From Escherichia phage vB_EcoM-RPN226, in the sequence record OL770073.2: DNA of 64,000 bases; one strand, written 5' to 3'. The notes beneath the pieces are model-generated. The model was given only the letters and a program-made list of their open reading frames with translations, did no database searches and was not told the origin of the DNA. Positions 29,967 through 40,387 of this stretch are shown piece by piece (position 1 is the first letter of the stretch; the number at the start of each line of letters is the position of its first letter). Both the position numbers and the translations under genes were made by a program.

Positions 29967-30679
29967 ATGAAACTAATCTTTTTAAGTGGTGTAAAGCGTA
30001 GTGGAAAAGATACTACCGCAGATTTTATCATGAATAATTATTCTGCAGTTAAATATCAACTTGCTGGTCCTATTAAGGATGCATTGGCTTATGCATGGGG
30101 TGTATTTGCAGCAAACACTGACTATCCTTGTTTAACTCGTAAAGAGTTTGAAGGAATTGACTATGATCGTGAAACTAATTTAAATCTGACTAAATTAGAA
30201 GTAATTACGATTATGGAACAAGCATTTTGCTATCTTAATAGTAAAAGCCCAATTAAAGGTGTGTTTGTTTTTGATGACGCAGTTAATTTCGTAGCATTTA
30301 ACAAGATTGCTGACGTTATAAATAATATTGAAGATCAATGGTCAGTCCGTCGTCTGATGCAAGCCCTAGGTACGGATTTGATTGTTAATAACTTCGACCG
30401 CATGTATTGGGTAAAATTATTTGCTTTAGATTATCTTGATAAATTTAACTCAGGTTATGATTATTATATCGTTCCTGATACTCGTCAAGATCATGAAATG
30501 GATGCGGCTAGGGCGATGGGTGCTACAGTAATTCATGTAGTTCGTCCTGGTCAAAAATCCAATGATACTCATATTACAGAAGCTGGATTGCCAATTCGTG
30601 ATGGCGATTTAGTAATTACAAACGATGGTTCTCTTGAAGAACTTTTTTCTAAAATTAAAAATACACTAAAGGTACTATA

Positions 30680-30680
<1 letters not shown>
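29967..30680 (+). CDS. 1: deoxynucleoside monophosphate kinase
   Basis: 237 aa; P-loop GVKRSGKDT; position before 57A as in T4. Confidence 0.85.
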
Positions 30681-31377
<697 letters not shown>

Positions 31378-31388
31378 TTTCACAAAGT

Positions 31389-31420
31389 TGTTTACACGTT
31401 GATGAGGTAGTGATACTATT
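31389..31420 (+). promoter_or_regulatory. T4-type early promoter (GTTTAC -35, TGATACTAT -10) with perfect 9-bp dyad flanking the -10
   Basis: TTTCACAAAGTTGTTTACACGTTGATGAGGTAGTGATACTATTACCTCATC; dyad GATGAGGTA/TACCTCATC. Confidence 0.65.
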
Positions 31421-31449
31421 ACCTCATCAAAATTAATTAGGAAAATAAA

Positions 31450-31722
31450 ATGAAAACTTTCAAAGAATTTATCAATGAAGCTGCTTTTAACGAAAAAGTA
31501 AAAATTAGCAAAGCTGTCAAGACTATGATTGATAACATCAATTACCTATATGGTATTGATTTAACTGACTATGTAACAGTTGGTAACAAACGTAACTATT
31601 TCGTGTTTGACATCTCTGAACTTGACCAGAATCAAATTAACAACATTGAGCGTTTTGCTAATGATAAGGGTCTTCGACACGAGCCTGGTGGCTATAAAAA
31701 ATACGCAATTTATTTAAAATGA
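31450..31722 (+). CDS. internal-protein-like head protein with capsid targeting sequence (IPI locus)
   Basis: N-terminus MKTFKEFINEA matches the T4 IP leader MKTYQEFIAE with gp21 cleavage site after I-N-E; sits next to 57B where T4 carries ipI. Confidence 0.65.
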   Translation: MKTFKEFINEAAFNEKVKISKAVKTMIDNINYLYGIDLTDYVTVGNKRNYFVFDISELDQNQINNIERFANDKGLRHEPGGYKKYAIYLK

Positions 31723-31753
31723 GTTTACTTTTAGATGGGGTAGTGATACTATT
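31723..31753 (+). promoter_or_regulatory. T4-type early promoter with imperfect dyad over the -10
   Basis: GTTTAC...GATGGGGTAGTGATACTATTACCCTATC; near-duplicate of promoter at 31389. Confidence 0.6.
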
Positions 31754-31780
31754 ACCCTATCAACTACAGAGGAGAATAAA

Positions 31781-31963
31781 ATGAAACGTTGTGAATTAAT
31801 TCGAAATGTTGCTATTGCAATTTCTGCTTCCGCTTTTAGTTTTTCAATGTTTGTTGGATTTATATGCGGATTATTAACTACAGCAGAAAATGTGTTTTCA
31901 CTTGTAGTAGCATTTTTAATTGGTTTAATCGCTATCGTTATGGATAAAATTTCTAAAGGTTAA
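31781..31963 (+). CDS. small hydrophobic (membrane) protein
   Basis: 60 aa ORF with two hydrophobic helices, preceded by GAGGAG RBS. Confidence 0.55.
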   Translation: MKRCELIRNVAIAISASAFSFSMFVGFICGLLTTAENVFSLVVAFLIGLIAIVMDKISKG

Positions 31964-31965
31964 TA

Positions 31966-32253
31966 ATGATTCTTTATGCGAAAGTATCGTCCGTTGAAAA
32001 TGGATATAAATATGATCAAGATGCGGCTAAAGCCTTGATTGATGATTATGGCATTTTAACATGTTTTGAAGTTGAAAAGGTTTACATTGACCGTTCATCT
32101 TCTCAAGTTAAATTAGTAAAGGAAGACCGTAAATTTAATACAGTAAATTTTGATTTCTTTATTGAAACAGAAAAAGGTCCTCTTGAATATGATATTTTCA
32201 AGAATCCTTTGGGTCTTGAATGCATCGTAAATATGTATTATCATAAATGGTAA
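31966..32253 (+). CDS. hypothetical protein
   Basis: 95 aa ORF immediately after previous stop. Confidence 0.5.
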   Translation: MILYAKVSSVENGYKYDQDAAKALIDDYGILTCFEVEKVYIDRSSSQVKLVKEDRKFNTVNFDFFIETEKGPLEYDIFKNPLGLECIVNMYYHKW

Positions 32254-32350
32254 ATATGCTTTAAGAATTATTTGTTATTATTAACTCATATCGCACTGAT
32301 TAATACCCTCTATCATCAAGGGTTCTTGCTTGAGAGCCTTTGTTAATAAT

Positions 32351-32423
32351 TGGGAATTAGCCAAGTTGGTAAGGCATAGCACTTTGACTGCTAGATGCAA
32401 AGGTTCGAGTCCTTTATTCCCAG
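32351..32423 (+). tRNA. tRNA-Gln (anticodon UUG)
   Basis: Manual fold: acceptor TGGGAAT/ATTCCCA, anticodon loop CTTTGAC, T-arm AAAGG-TTCGAGT-CCTTT. Confidence 0.85.
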
Positions 32424-32424
32424 C

Positions 32425-32511
32425 GCGAGAATGGTCAAATTGGTAAAGGCACAGCACTTAAAATGCTGCGGAATGATTTCCTTGTGGGTTCGAGTCCCAC
32501 TTCTCGTACCA
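32425..32511 (+). tRNA. tRNA-Leu (anticodon UAA), long variable arm, encoded CCA
   Basis: Acceptor GCGAGAA/TTCTCGT, anticodon TAA, T-loop GGTTCGAGTCC, 3' ACCA. Confidence 0.85.
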
Positions 32512-32517
32512 AAGTTT

Positions 32518-32589
<72 letters not shown>

Positions 32590-32601
32590 AAATTTAATTT
32601 A

Positions 32602-32675
32602 CTCCGTGTAGCTCAGTTTGGTAGAGCGTCTGCTTTGGGAGCAGAATGTCGCAGGTTCAAATCCTGCCGCGGAGA
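32602..32675 (+). tRNA. tRNA-Pro (anticodon UGG)
   Basis: Acceptor CTCCGTG/CGCGGAG, anticodon TGG, T-loop GGTTCAAATCC. Confidence 0.85.
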
Positions 32676-32677
32676 CT

Positions 32678-32764
32678 GGAGGCGTGGCAGAGTGGTTTAA
32701 TGCACCGGTCTTGAAAACCGGCAGTCGCTCCGGCGACTCATAGGTTCAAATCCTATCGCCTCCG
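32678..32764 (+). tRNA. tRNA-Ser (anticodon UGA), long variable arm
   Basis: Acceptor GGAGGCG/CGCCTCC, anticodon TGA, T-loop GGTTCAAATCC. Confidence 0.85.
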
Positions 32765-32771
32765 TAATTTC

Positions 32772-32844
32772 GCTGATTTAGCTCAGTAGGTAGAGCAACT
32801 CACTTGTAATGAGGATGTCGGCGGTTCGATTCCGTCAATCAGCA
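32772..32844 (+). tRNA. tRNA-Thr (anticodon UGU)
   Basis: Acceptor GCTGATT/AATCAGC, anticodon TGT, T-loop GGTTCGATTCC. Confidence 0.85.
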
Positions 32845-32850
32845 TATCAA

Positions 32851-32922
32851 GGCCCTGTAGCTGGAAGGTTCAAGCAAGCGACTCATAATCGCCAGATGGT
32901 GGTTCAATTCCACCCAGGGCCA
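32851..32922 (+). tRNA. tRNA-Ile (anticodon CAU, presumably lysidine-modified) or tRNA-Met
   Basis: Acceptor GGCCCTG/CAGGGCC, anticodon CAT, T-loop GGTTCAATTCC; T4 carries tRNA-Ile at this position. Confidence 0.75.
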
Positions 32923-32963
32923 TATTTTGGGAACATAAATACTCTTAGAAATAGGAGATATTT

Positions 32964-33629
32964 ATGTTCCATTACACTTATAAAATAACAAATAAAATTA
33001 ATAATAAAATCTATATAGGCGCTCATTCTACCGAAAATTTAGATGATGGATATATGGGTTCTGGTAAATTATTAAAAAGAGCCCAAGACAAGTATGGTAT
33101 AGAAAATTTCTCTAAAGAAATATTAGAGTTCTTTGACGATAAAACCTCTATGTTTGAGTCAGAAAAGAATATTGTGACTGAAGAGTTTTTAAAGCGCCCT
33201 GATGTTTATAATTTGAAATTAGGTGGTGAAGGTGGTTGGGACCATTTAAACACTAAAGAATATTTGGATAAAAAGAAAGAAGCTTCCTTAAAAGGGGCTG
33301 CTGCTTTTAAAACCAGATTTGAGAACGACCCAGACCTTAAAGAAAAATATCGTAAAATGGGTTCAGAAAGGTTTAAACAGCTTTGGGATAATCCTAAGTA
33401 TAGAGAGAAATTTTTAAATACTAAATCTTTCTTGGGTAAGACCCATACTCCTGAAACTATTAATAAAATGAAAGAATCTCACGCCAAAAATAAACACCAA
33501 CAAGGCGAAAAGAATTCCCAATTTGGTATGATGTGGATTCATTCATTAGATGAAAAAGTTTCTAAACGTATTAAGAAAACTGACCCAATTCCAGAAGGAT
33601 GGTTTAAAGGTCGAAAAATGAAATTTTAA
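32964..33629 (+). CDS. segB: GIY-YIG homing endonuclease SegB
   Basis: 221 aa; GIY-YIG motif YTYKITNKINNKIYIGAHS; located inside the tRNA cluster as T4 segB. Confidence 0.85.
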   Translation: MFHYTYKITNKINNKIYIGAHSTENLDDGYMGSGKLLKRAQDKYGIENFSKEILEFFDDKTSMFESEKNIVTEEFLKRPDVYNLKLGGEGGWDHLNTKEYLDKKKEASLKGAAAFKTRFENDPDLKEKYRKMGSERFKQLWDNPKYREKFLNTKSFLGKTHTPETINKMKESHAKNKHQQGEKNSQFGMMWIHSLDEKVSKRIKKTDPIPEGWFKGRKMKF

Positions 33630-33632
33630 TTA

Positions 33633-33709
<77 letters not shown>

Positions 33710-34025
33710 GACAAGAAACCGGGTCGCTACCGGTAAGTCGTCGGACTGATGTTCCCTGAGTAAGGAATTGTGTTAATAAATCTTTATGATTTGTTGATGC
33801 CCTCTTACATCACAGCAGAAACGGCGCTCAGAATTATCGATTCGAGGAAATATCTTTGCCGTAAGCCGAGTAGCGTTTTTGACGGAACGTTCGGATATGG
33901 TCGAGATATGGCCTTTTAAAAATATTGAGTAGCGTCAACTACTTAATAACCGGGTTCGAATCCCGGCGTTTCGTACAAACACTTGCCTTAGCAGGTGGAA
34001 CCCCGACAAGGTTGCCGCAAGGCTT
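33710..34025 (+). ncRNA. candidate small stable RNA(s) downstream of tRNA-Arg (T4 species 1/2-like)
   Basis: Noncoding 300-nt stretch with tRNA-like T-arm element CCGGGTTCGAATCCCGG, ending at a strong terminator; T4 encodes two stable RNAs in its tRNA region. Confidence 0.4.
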
Positions 34026-34026
34026 A

Positions 34027-34053
34027 GCCCCAGCCGAAAGGTTGGGGCTTTTT
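34027..34053 (+). terminator. rho-independent terminator
   Basis: GCCCCAGCCGAAAGGTTGGGGC hairpin plus TTTTT. Confidence 0.8.
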
Positions 34054-34102
34054 AGTATAAATATAGTAGTGTATTAAATCACGAATTAAAACAGGAAATA
34101 AG

Positions 34103-34576
34103 ATGAAATCATATGCTCAATTTTTAAATGAAGTGGCGTTAAATGAAGCATCCGCTTCAGATGTTCGCGCTGTAGCAACTGCTGCTATTAAAGCTGGTAA
34201 ATATTCTTATAAAGATGCTTCTGATGAATCCCGGTACAAGTTCTACGACGATATGAGAGCTGAAGGCTTTGTGGGTAACTATGTTACCACCGCCTGGAAA
34301 AGCCTGGTTGCTACTGGTGCGGCTTTCGAAAAACCTTCCGGTAAACCTGCTCCTAAAGCAGATCCTAAAGCTGCACAAGAAAAAAATATTGTTAAAGGAA
34401 TTATCGCTAAATATGAAGCTATCCTTAAAGAGCTTTTAGTAATCAAAACCGAAGGCCAAAAGTTAGCCCGTGCTTATAGTTTCAAAGACAACCCACATGC
34501 TCATGACCTAGAGTATGTTGAAGACATCCAAAAAATTATTAAAGACCGCATTTGGTCTGCTAAACAAATCAAATAA
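34103..34576 (+). CDS. internal-protein-like head protein with capsid targeting sequence
   Basis: N-terminus MKSYAQFLNEVALNEA (IP leader-like, L-N-E cleavage motifs); 157 aa; followed by terminator. Confidence 0.6.
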   Translation: MKSYAQFLNEVALNEASASDVRAVATAAIKAGKYSYKDASDESRYKFYDDMRAEGFVGNYVTTAWKSLVATGAAFEKPSGKPAPKADPKAAQEKNIVKGIIAKYEAILKELLVIKTEGQKLARAYSFKDNPHAHDLEYVEDIQKIIKDRIWSAKQIK

Positions 34577-34583
34577 CATTTTA

Positions 34584-34610
34584 GCCCCGACCGAAAGGTT
34601 GGGGCTTTTT
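34584..34610 (+). terminator. rho-independent terminator
   Basis: GCCCCGACCGAAAGGTTGGGGC hairpin plus TTTTT; near-duplicate of terminator at 34027. Confidence 0.8.
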
Positions 34611-34743
34611 GATATCTAGGCCTTTCTGGACCTCTCTAGGCATCATTTAGTTTATACCCTTTATAATATATTATCCTATCCTTTAATTGCCCATCCCTGC
34701 CCTAGAATTCCCTAAAACTTTTTAAAAATTTTTTCACAAAACG

Positions 34744-34775
34744 GTTTACATCCCCGTTCTTCCATGGTACTATAC
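34744..34775 (+). promoter_or_regulatory. T4-type early promoter
   Basis: TTTTTCACAAAACGGTTTACA...TGGTACTATACAACTATCAACT; shares 21-nt TGGTACTATACAACTATCAACT with promoters at 47558 and 48998. Confidence 0.65.
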
Positions 34776-34817
34776 AACTATCAACTACTGATACAGAAAA
34801 ACAACTTGGAGAATGAA

Positions 34818-35081
34818 ATGGATAATTACGGCGAACTGTTCAACTTCTTTATGAAATGCGTTTCAGAAGATTTCGGTCGTACAGTGAATGATATTAAAGT
34901 TATCGGTCCTGATCATCCGATGTTTGAAACTTACGCAGTAATGGGTAATGAAGATGGTCAGTGGTATACTGTAAAGGTTGTGATTAACATGTTCACTGCT
35001 GAAGGTTATGTTAAACTGTCTTCTAAAGTTTACCATGATAACGACGAAATCGCAGAAGAATATTTTAATAATATGAAATAA
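34818..35081 (+). CDS. hypothetical protein (start moved to ATG after RBS)
   Basis: ORF track starts inside the promoter; GGAGA RBS precedes ATG at 34818 (MDNYGELF...). Confidence 0.55.
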   Translation: MDNYGELFNFFMKCVSEDFGRTVNDIKVIGPDHPMFETYAVMGNEDGQWYTVKVVINMFTAEGYVKLSSKVYHDNDEIAEEYFNNMK

Positions 35082-35111
35082 GTTTACATAGGCTCATGAT
35101 TGAGATATTAT
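35082..35111 (+). promoter_or_regulatory. early promoter candidate with 10-bp perfect dyad
   Basis: GTTTAC -35, TATTAT -10 at 18 bp spacing; dyad ATAGGCTCAT/ATGAGCCTAT flanks the -10. Confidence 0.5.
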
Positions 35112-35136
35112 GAGCCTATAATTTGAGGAAACTGTT

Positions 35137-35667
35137 ATGTCTCTTTATACCGAACTGAATGAAACTTCCGAAAAATCTTTTGATGGTATCTTATCAATAA
35201 TGCAAAAGCAGGTATTAGAACAGCTTAGTGAAGCCGCAAGCAACGGACATAAGGCTTGTCGAATCCCAAGCCCACATCGTCGCCTGTATGAACGCCCTCT
35301 TATTAATTGGCTAGAAAGCGAAGGTCTTACAGTTAAGATTTGTCCTGCCAAATTTGATGTCCCACGTATTCTTAATATTTACTGGGATAAACCGATTGAG
35401 AAACCGATTGAGAAAAGTGAACCTTGGGTTGTCAATGTAAAAACATATGATAATGGATGCTCACTTGAGGTGTCTGCTGTAATTAAAGGCACTCACGGTG
35501 AAAAATCGTGGGGTTGGCCTGGCAAAGATAAAGAAATCGTGTTAAGTGTAAAAGCTACTAGTATTAGTACTCCTATAGCTAAAAGCATTATCGCCGCCGC
35601 TGTTGAAGAAGCTGAACGAATTTGTAAAATTAAAAATAGTTTACATCTCTTAAATAGCATGATATAA
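35137..35667 (+). CDS. hypothetical protein
   Basis: 176 aa ORF with tandem KPIEKPIEK repeat; no recognisable domain. Confidence 0.55.
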   Translation: MSLYTELNETSEKSFDGILSIMQKQVLEQLSEAASNGHKACRIPSPHRRLYERPLINWLESEGLTVKICPAKFDVPRILNIYWDKPIEKPIEKSEPWVVNVKTYDNGCSLEVSAVIKGTHGEKSWGWPGKDKEIVLSVKATSISTPIAKSIIAAAVEEAERICKIKNSLHLLNSMI

Positions 35668-35710
35668 TTCTTCCACAGATTTTAATTTTTAATCAACCTA
35701 AGGAAATACT

Positions 35711-36304
35711 ATGAACACACTGAAGAAAATTGTTGAGTTTATTCGCACTAAACTTGGTTCTGCTATGGCTAAAAATCTATCTGTTGAAGAACAGTATACT
35801 GCTGCAGCAGCAAAACTTCTTGATAAAATTAAAGACCTAAAAACTGCTTCTGTTAAATCTATTAATGAAGAAAAACGTATTCGTGAACTTGTTATCGAAA
35901 AGAATCGACAAGCCGAATCAAAAGAGCGTGAAATTCGCAAACTTCTTTCCGAAGGTCAAGATGTAACAATGCATGCTAAGCTCGGTTTACTATATCGTCG
36001 AACAGCTGAGCAGTTGACTACTAAAGCTGATGGTTATGCTGAAATGCGAATTGAAATCGCCAAGAAAGTAGTTGAGTTAGATGATGCTCGTCAAGAACTT
36101 GCAGTTAAATTGGAATATATCCGTGAAACTCGTGCGGCAAATGCCCTTGGAATTAGTACTGCCGATGATGTAGTTGAAATTGCAGCACTGACTAAGGTTG
36201 ATATTGAAGATACCCTTGCTCGAGTTGAAACCTTTAATGGTAATATTTCCGGGGTTGAAACTACCTCTGCCGATGTTCAGGAATACATTAATTCTCTGAA
36301 ATAA
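35711..36304 (+). CDS. coiled-coil protein, possible PspA/IM30-like
   Basis: 197 aa largely helical; heptad-like charged repeats; weak resemblance ([10 protein letters not shown] region) to the PspA family. Confidence 0.45.
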   Translation: MNTLKKIVEFIRTKLGSAMAKNLSVEEQYTAAAAKLLDKIKDLKTASVKSINEEKRIRELVIEKNRQAESKEREIRKLLSEGQDVTMHAKLGLLYRRTAEQLTTKADGYAEMRIEIAKKVVELDDARQELAVKLEYIRETRAANALGISTADDVVEIAALTKVDIEDTLARVETFNGNISGVETTSADVQEYINSLK

Positions 36305-36310
36305 TGATAA

Positions 36311-36324
36311 GGGGCTTCGGCCCC
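36311..36324 (+). terminator. UUCG-tetraloop hairpin (RNA stability element or weak terminator)
   Basis: GGGGCTTCGGCCCC directly after the stop codon; no U-run. Confidence 0.4.
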
Positions 36325-36345
36325 TATTACTTGGAGTAAATAGGA

Positions 36346-36954
36346 ATGAAAATGCAAAGTGATTTCAATTCAATGTTTGAAGAGTTCCAAAGACATGTTG
36401 ATGTTCCAGACCAATTACTAAATGCTCTTAAACGTATGGCAAAAGGACGTAATTACTATTGGGGGTCTTCATATGAAACTGATGAAAGTCTTTCTGGAAG
36501 ATTTTCTAGAGGTAAAAAGTCTTTAATACGTCCTGGAATACTTATTAACAGTATTGAATCAATTCATTCATTGACGTGTGATTTTGATGTTGAATTTACT
36601 GATTTCATTTCTCCTGAATGGACAGTTTGTTATTTAAACGACGATTTTGATTATCTCGGTGTTTATAGTTTAAGTGACGCATGGTTTAAACGTAACTTAC
36701 AAAAGTCAAATTTATTCTATATTGATACTACAGTAAAATTTCAGGGAAAGAAATATTTCTTTACTCTTATAGTTGATTCTGAAACGAAGCATGAAAATAA
36801 ACGTATTCTTAGTAAAAGGAATATCTTGAATATTGTTGATGATCTTTTTGATAAATTCGTGGAAAATCCTAATTTTGAAAGCGATTTATTATTAGAAAAA
36901 TTTGTTAAGGAATGTAGAGAATATGTCAAAGCCATCACTATACCTTCCAAGTAA
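36346..36954 (+). CDS. hypothetical protein
   Basis: 202 aa ORF. Confidence 0.55.
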   Translation: MKMQSDFNSMFEEFQRHVDVPDQLLNALKRMAKGRNYYWGSSYETDESLSGRFSRGKKSLIRPGILINSIESIHSLTCDFDVEFTDFISPEWTVCYLNDDFDYLGVYSLSDAWFKRNLQKSNLFYIDTTVKFQGKKYFFTLIVDSETKHENKRILSKRNILNIVDDLFDKFVENPNFESDLLLEKFVKECREYVKAITIPSK

Positions 36955-37315
36955 ACCTGTGAAGTATGAATTAAAGCGCCAGCTAATTCCTACCGATGTA
37001 TTAATGGGTCCTGTGGTAGCTGTATCATTTGTAATTCTATTGATTGCTGGAATGGTTATAGACGTTATGACAGATATTGAATCTGACGTAATATTTGGAG
37101 CAACGTTAATTCTTCCATTAGCAGTTCCATTTTTATTGGTACCTGTAAATTGGGTAGGATATTGGTATCAAGGAAGGCATTATCGTAAACGTGTACGTGA
37201 ATGGAAAGCTCAGTGTAAAAAGATTAAAAAGGAACACCAGCTTAAACTAAATATGTATGAATTTAATGAAATTATGAAATTTGTTAAGGAATCACGATGC
37301 AAAAGCCAAAACTAA
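36923..37315 (+). CDS. hypothetical membrane protein
   Basis: Start taken at ATG 36923 (MSKPSLYL); two hydrophobic segments. Confidence 0.5.
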   Translation: MSKPSLYLPSKPVKYELKRQLIPTDVLMGPVVAVSFVILLIAGMVIDVMTDIESDVIFGATLILPLAVPFLLVPVNWVGYWYQGRHYRKRVREWKAQCKKIKKEHQLKLNMYEFNEIMKFVKESRCKSQN

Positions 37316-37659
37316 ATAAAGTCAAATATTCTTTTTCTGAGTCATTTTTAATTTTTGCTGTGGCGTTGGCTGCAGCTCTTGCGGGTAGTCTTTTTGGATT
37401 GTTAATTGACTGTCTTATTTTAAACATCGACGGCACAGTAAATATAACAGAAGTTTGGAGTGAACTTCGTTTTACTATAGCGATTTCATTATTTTCATTC
37501 TTTGGCACCATGCTATTTTTTCATTATGATAATTTTAAAATAAATTGGCAAAGAAAAAAGGATTACAAAATACAATTAAAAGAATATAATAGCTACATGT
37601 CTTATATTGAAAATGAATCAATGAAAGAGTTTGTGATTGATTGCAGGAAATTAAAATGA
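37297..37659 (+). CDS. hypothetical membrane protein
   Basis: 120 aa with hydrophobic helices. Confidence 0.5.
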   Translation: MQKPKLNKVKYSFSESFLIFAVALAAALAGSLFGLLIDCLILNIDGTVNITEVWSELRFTIAISLFSFFGTMLFFHYDNFKINWQRKKDYKIQLKEYNSYMSYIENESMKEFVIDCRKLK

Positions 37660-38096
37660 AAACATTATCAGCTGGTATTATCTTTATGACAGAAGATAAA
37701 GATTTATTTATGGGTCGGGTTACTGGTTCTCGTAAGCCTGGAATGATGGCACATCGCTGGGATATTCCAAAGGGCCATGTAGAAAATTCTGATTTAAGCG
37801 CATTAGATGCAGCACGAAGAGAATGTTTAGAAGAGACTGGTTTTAACAATTATAATCCAGGCCTTCTAGAAGACCTAGGTGTATTTAAATATTCTAGTAA
37901 TAAAGACTTACAGTTATTTTATTATACGATTCCAGTAGAGCATGAGATGTTTAGAAATTGCCATTGCGAGTCTTATTTTGAAAATAAAGATGGTGTTATG
38001 ATTCCAGAGATGGATGCTTTTGCTCTTATTCCTCGTACCCAGTGGCAATATGTGATGGGTCCTTCACTTTATCGAATAATGAACAGCCTCTTTTAA
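37656..38096 (+). CDS. nudE: Nudix hydrolase
   Basis: Nudix-box-like GHVENSDLSALDAARRECLEETGF; position upstream of e as in T4. Confidence 0.75.
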   Translation: MKTLSAGIIFMTEDKDLFMGRVTGSRKPGMMAHRWDIPKGHVENSDLSALDAARRECLEETGFNNYNPGLLEDLGVFKYSSNKDLQLFYYTIPVEHEMFRNCHCESYFENKDGVMIPEMDAFALIPRTQWQYVMGPSLYRIMNSLF

Positions 38097-38899
<803 letters not shown>

Positions 38900-38900
38900 T

Positions 38901-38931
38901 GTTTACTTCCTCCAAGGACTTTGATACTATA
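38901..38931 (+). promoter_or_regulatory. T4-type early promoter
   Basis: GTTTAC...17 bp...GATACTAT. Confidence 0.55.
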
Positions 38932-38957
38932 CATTCATCAACTACTTGGAGGAAATT

Positions 38958-39032
38958 ATGACTCGTATCAATTTAACAACTTCAGAATTATTTCTGGTGG
39001 TAAGGCTTAAACAGTTTACGCTTAAGTATTAA
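38958..39032 (+). pseudogene. denV: truncated remnant of endonuclease V gene (denV)
   Basis: 24-codon ORF MTRINLTTSELFLVVRLKQFTLKY; first 11 residues resemble the recalled T4 DenV N-terminus MTRINLTLVSEL, then diverges and stops. Confidence 0.5.
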
Positions 39033-39043
39033 TATGATATAAT
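39014..39043 (+). promoter_or_regulatory. T4-type early promoter embedded in denV remnant
   Basis: GTTTAC...18 bp...TGATATAAT, 30 nt upstream of next gene. Confidence 0.55.
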
Positions 39044-39073
39044 TACTCTATCAAAACAAACAAGGAAACAAAA

Positions 39074-39670
39074 ATGAAAACGTATCAAGAATTTATCGCC
39101 GAAGCTTCTGTAGGAAAGGTCCAAGGCATTAATAAAGATGAGTGGACTTACCGAGGAAACGGCTTTGACAACCCAGGAAACGGCTTTGACCCTAAAACAG
39201 CCCCTATTGAACGGTATTTAGCTACAAAGGCTTCCGACTTTAAAGCTTTCGCCTGGAAAGGACTTCGCTGGCGTACCGACCTAAATATTGAAGTTGACGG
39301 ACTTAAATTTGCTCATATTGAAGATGTTGTTGCTAGTAACTTGGACGCAGCTTTTGTTAAAGCTGACTTTGACCTTCGTCGCTGGAATTTAAAACTGTTC
39401 TCTAAACAGAAAGGTCCTGTGTTTGTGCCTAAAGCTGGTAAATGGGTTATTGATAATAAATTAGCTAAGGCTGTCAACTACGCTGGTCTTGAATTCGCCA
39501 AGCACAAATCATCATGGAAAGGTCTTGATGCAATGGCTTTCCGTAAAGAATTTGCCGATGTTATGGCTAAAGGCGGCTTTAAGGCAGAAATAGACACCTC
39601 TAAAGGTATGTTTAAGGACGCTAATGTTCAGTACGCTTATGCCGTTGCTAATGCAGCCCGTGGTAATTAA
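39074..39670 (+). CDS. internal-protein-like head protein with capsid targeting sequence (IPIII-like size)
   Basis: N-terminus MKTYQEFIAEA matches the recalled T4 IP leader exactly; 198 aa. Confidence 0.7.
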   Translation: MKTYQEFIAEASVGKVQGINKDEWTYRGNGFDNPGNGFDPKTAPIERYLATKASDFKAFAWKGLRWRTDLNIEVDGLKFAHIEDVVASNLDAAFVKADFDLRRWNLKLFSKQKGPVFVPKAGKWVIDNKLAKAVNYAGLEFAKHKSSWKGLDAMAFRKEFADVMAKGGFKAEIDTSKGMFKDANVQYAYAVANAARGN

Positions 39671-39673
39671 TAA

Positions 39674-39691
39674 GGCCTATACTTAGGCCTA
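39674..39691 (+). terminator. terminator-like hairpin
   Basis: AGGCCTATACTTAGGCCT hairpin after stop; weak U-run. Confidence 0.4.
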
Positions 39692-39847
39692 TTTACATTC
39701 AAATAACATGGGAACAACCTGGACCTCATGATTCTATGAGGGATTCCCGCCAACCTGTAATAAGGTCGAGCCCAAGTGCGGTAATGGGTAAATACAGAAA
39801 TGGACAATTCACGCGCCATGGAATGGCCCAAATTTAGAGAGAATAAA

Positions 39848-40387
39848 ATGAGAACATTTTTAACTGGTCCTTATCTATCCCTGATGAATGCTTTTACACA
39901 CCATTCTGATGCTAGAGTAGAAGAAATTTGTAAGAACGGTTATGCCCCACCATTTGAAGACGTACTCAAGCAGTACTGTACACTTCGTTTAGACGGCGGC
40001 AGACAATCAGGTAAATCGACTGCAGTAACTAATTTTGCTGTTAATTGGCTGCACGACGGTGGAACAGTTATTGTTCTTTCTAATACTTCAGCTTATGCTA
40101 AAATTTCTGCTGGCAACATTAAAAAAGAATTTTCTCGTTATTCTAGCGATGATATTAGATTCCGTTTATTTACTGATTCTGTCCGTAGTTTTATTGGCAA
40201 TGAAGGTTCTAAATTCCGCGGATTAACGCTTTCTCGTATTCTGTATATAATTGACGAGCCTATTAAAGCTCCTGATATGGATAAGATTTACAATGTCCAT
40301 ATTAAAGCAATACAGCACTGCTGCAAAAGCAAATATTGCATCGGCGGTATTGCTCGTCCTCAATTTTTTGTGATTGGAATGCAATGA
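39848..40387 (+). CDS. small P-loop NTPase-like protein
   Basis: Walker A-like GGRQSGKST and Walker B-like LYIIDEP; start set at ATG after GAGAG RBS. Confidence 0.5.
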   Translation: MRTFLTGPYLSLMNAFTHHSDARVEEICKNGYAPPFEDVLKQYCTLRLDGGRQSGKSTAVTNFAVNWLHDGGTVIVLSNTSAYAKISAGNIKKEFSRYSSDDIRFRLFTDSVRSFIGNEGSKFRGLTLSRILYIIDEPIKAPDMDKIYNVHIKAIQHCCKSKYCIGGIARPQFFVIGMQ

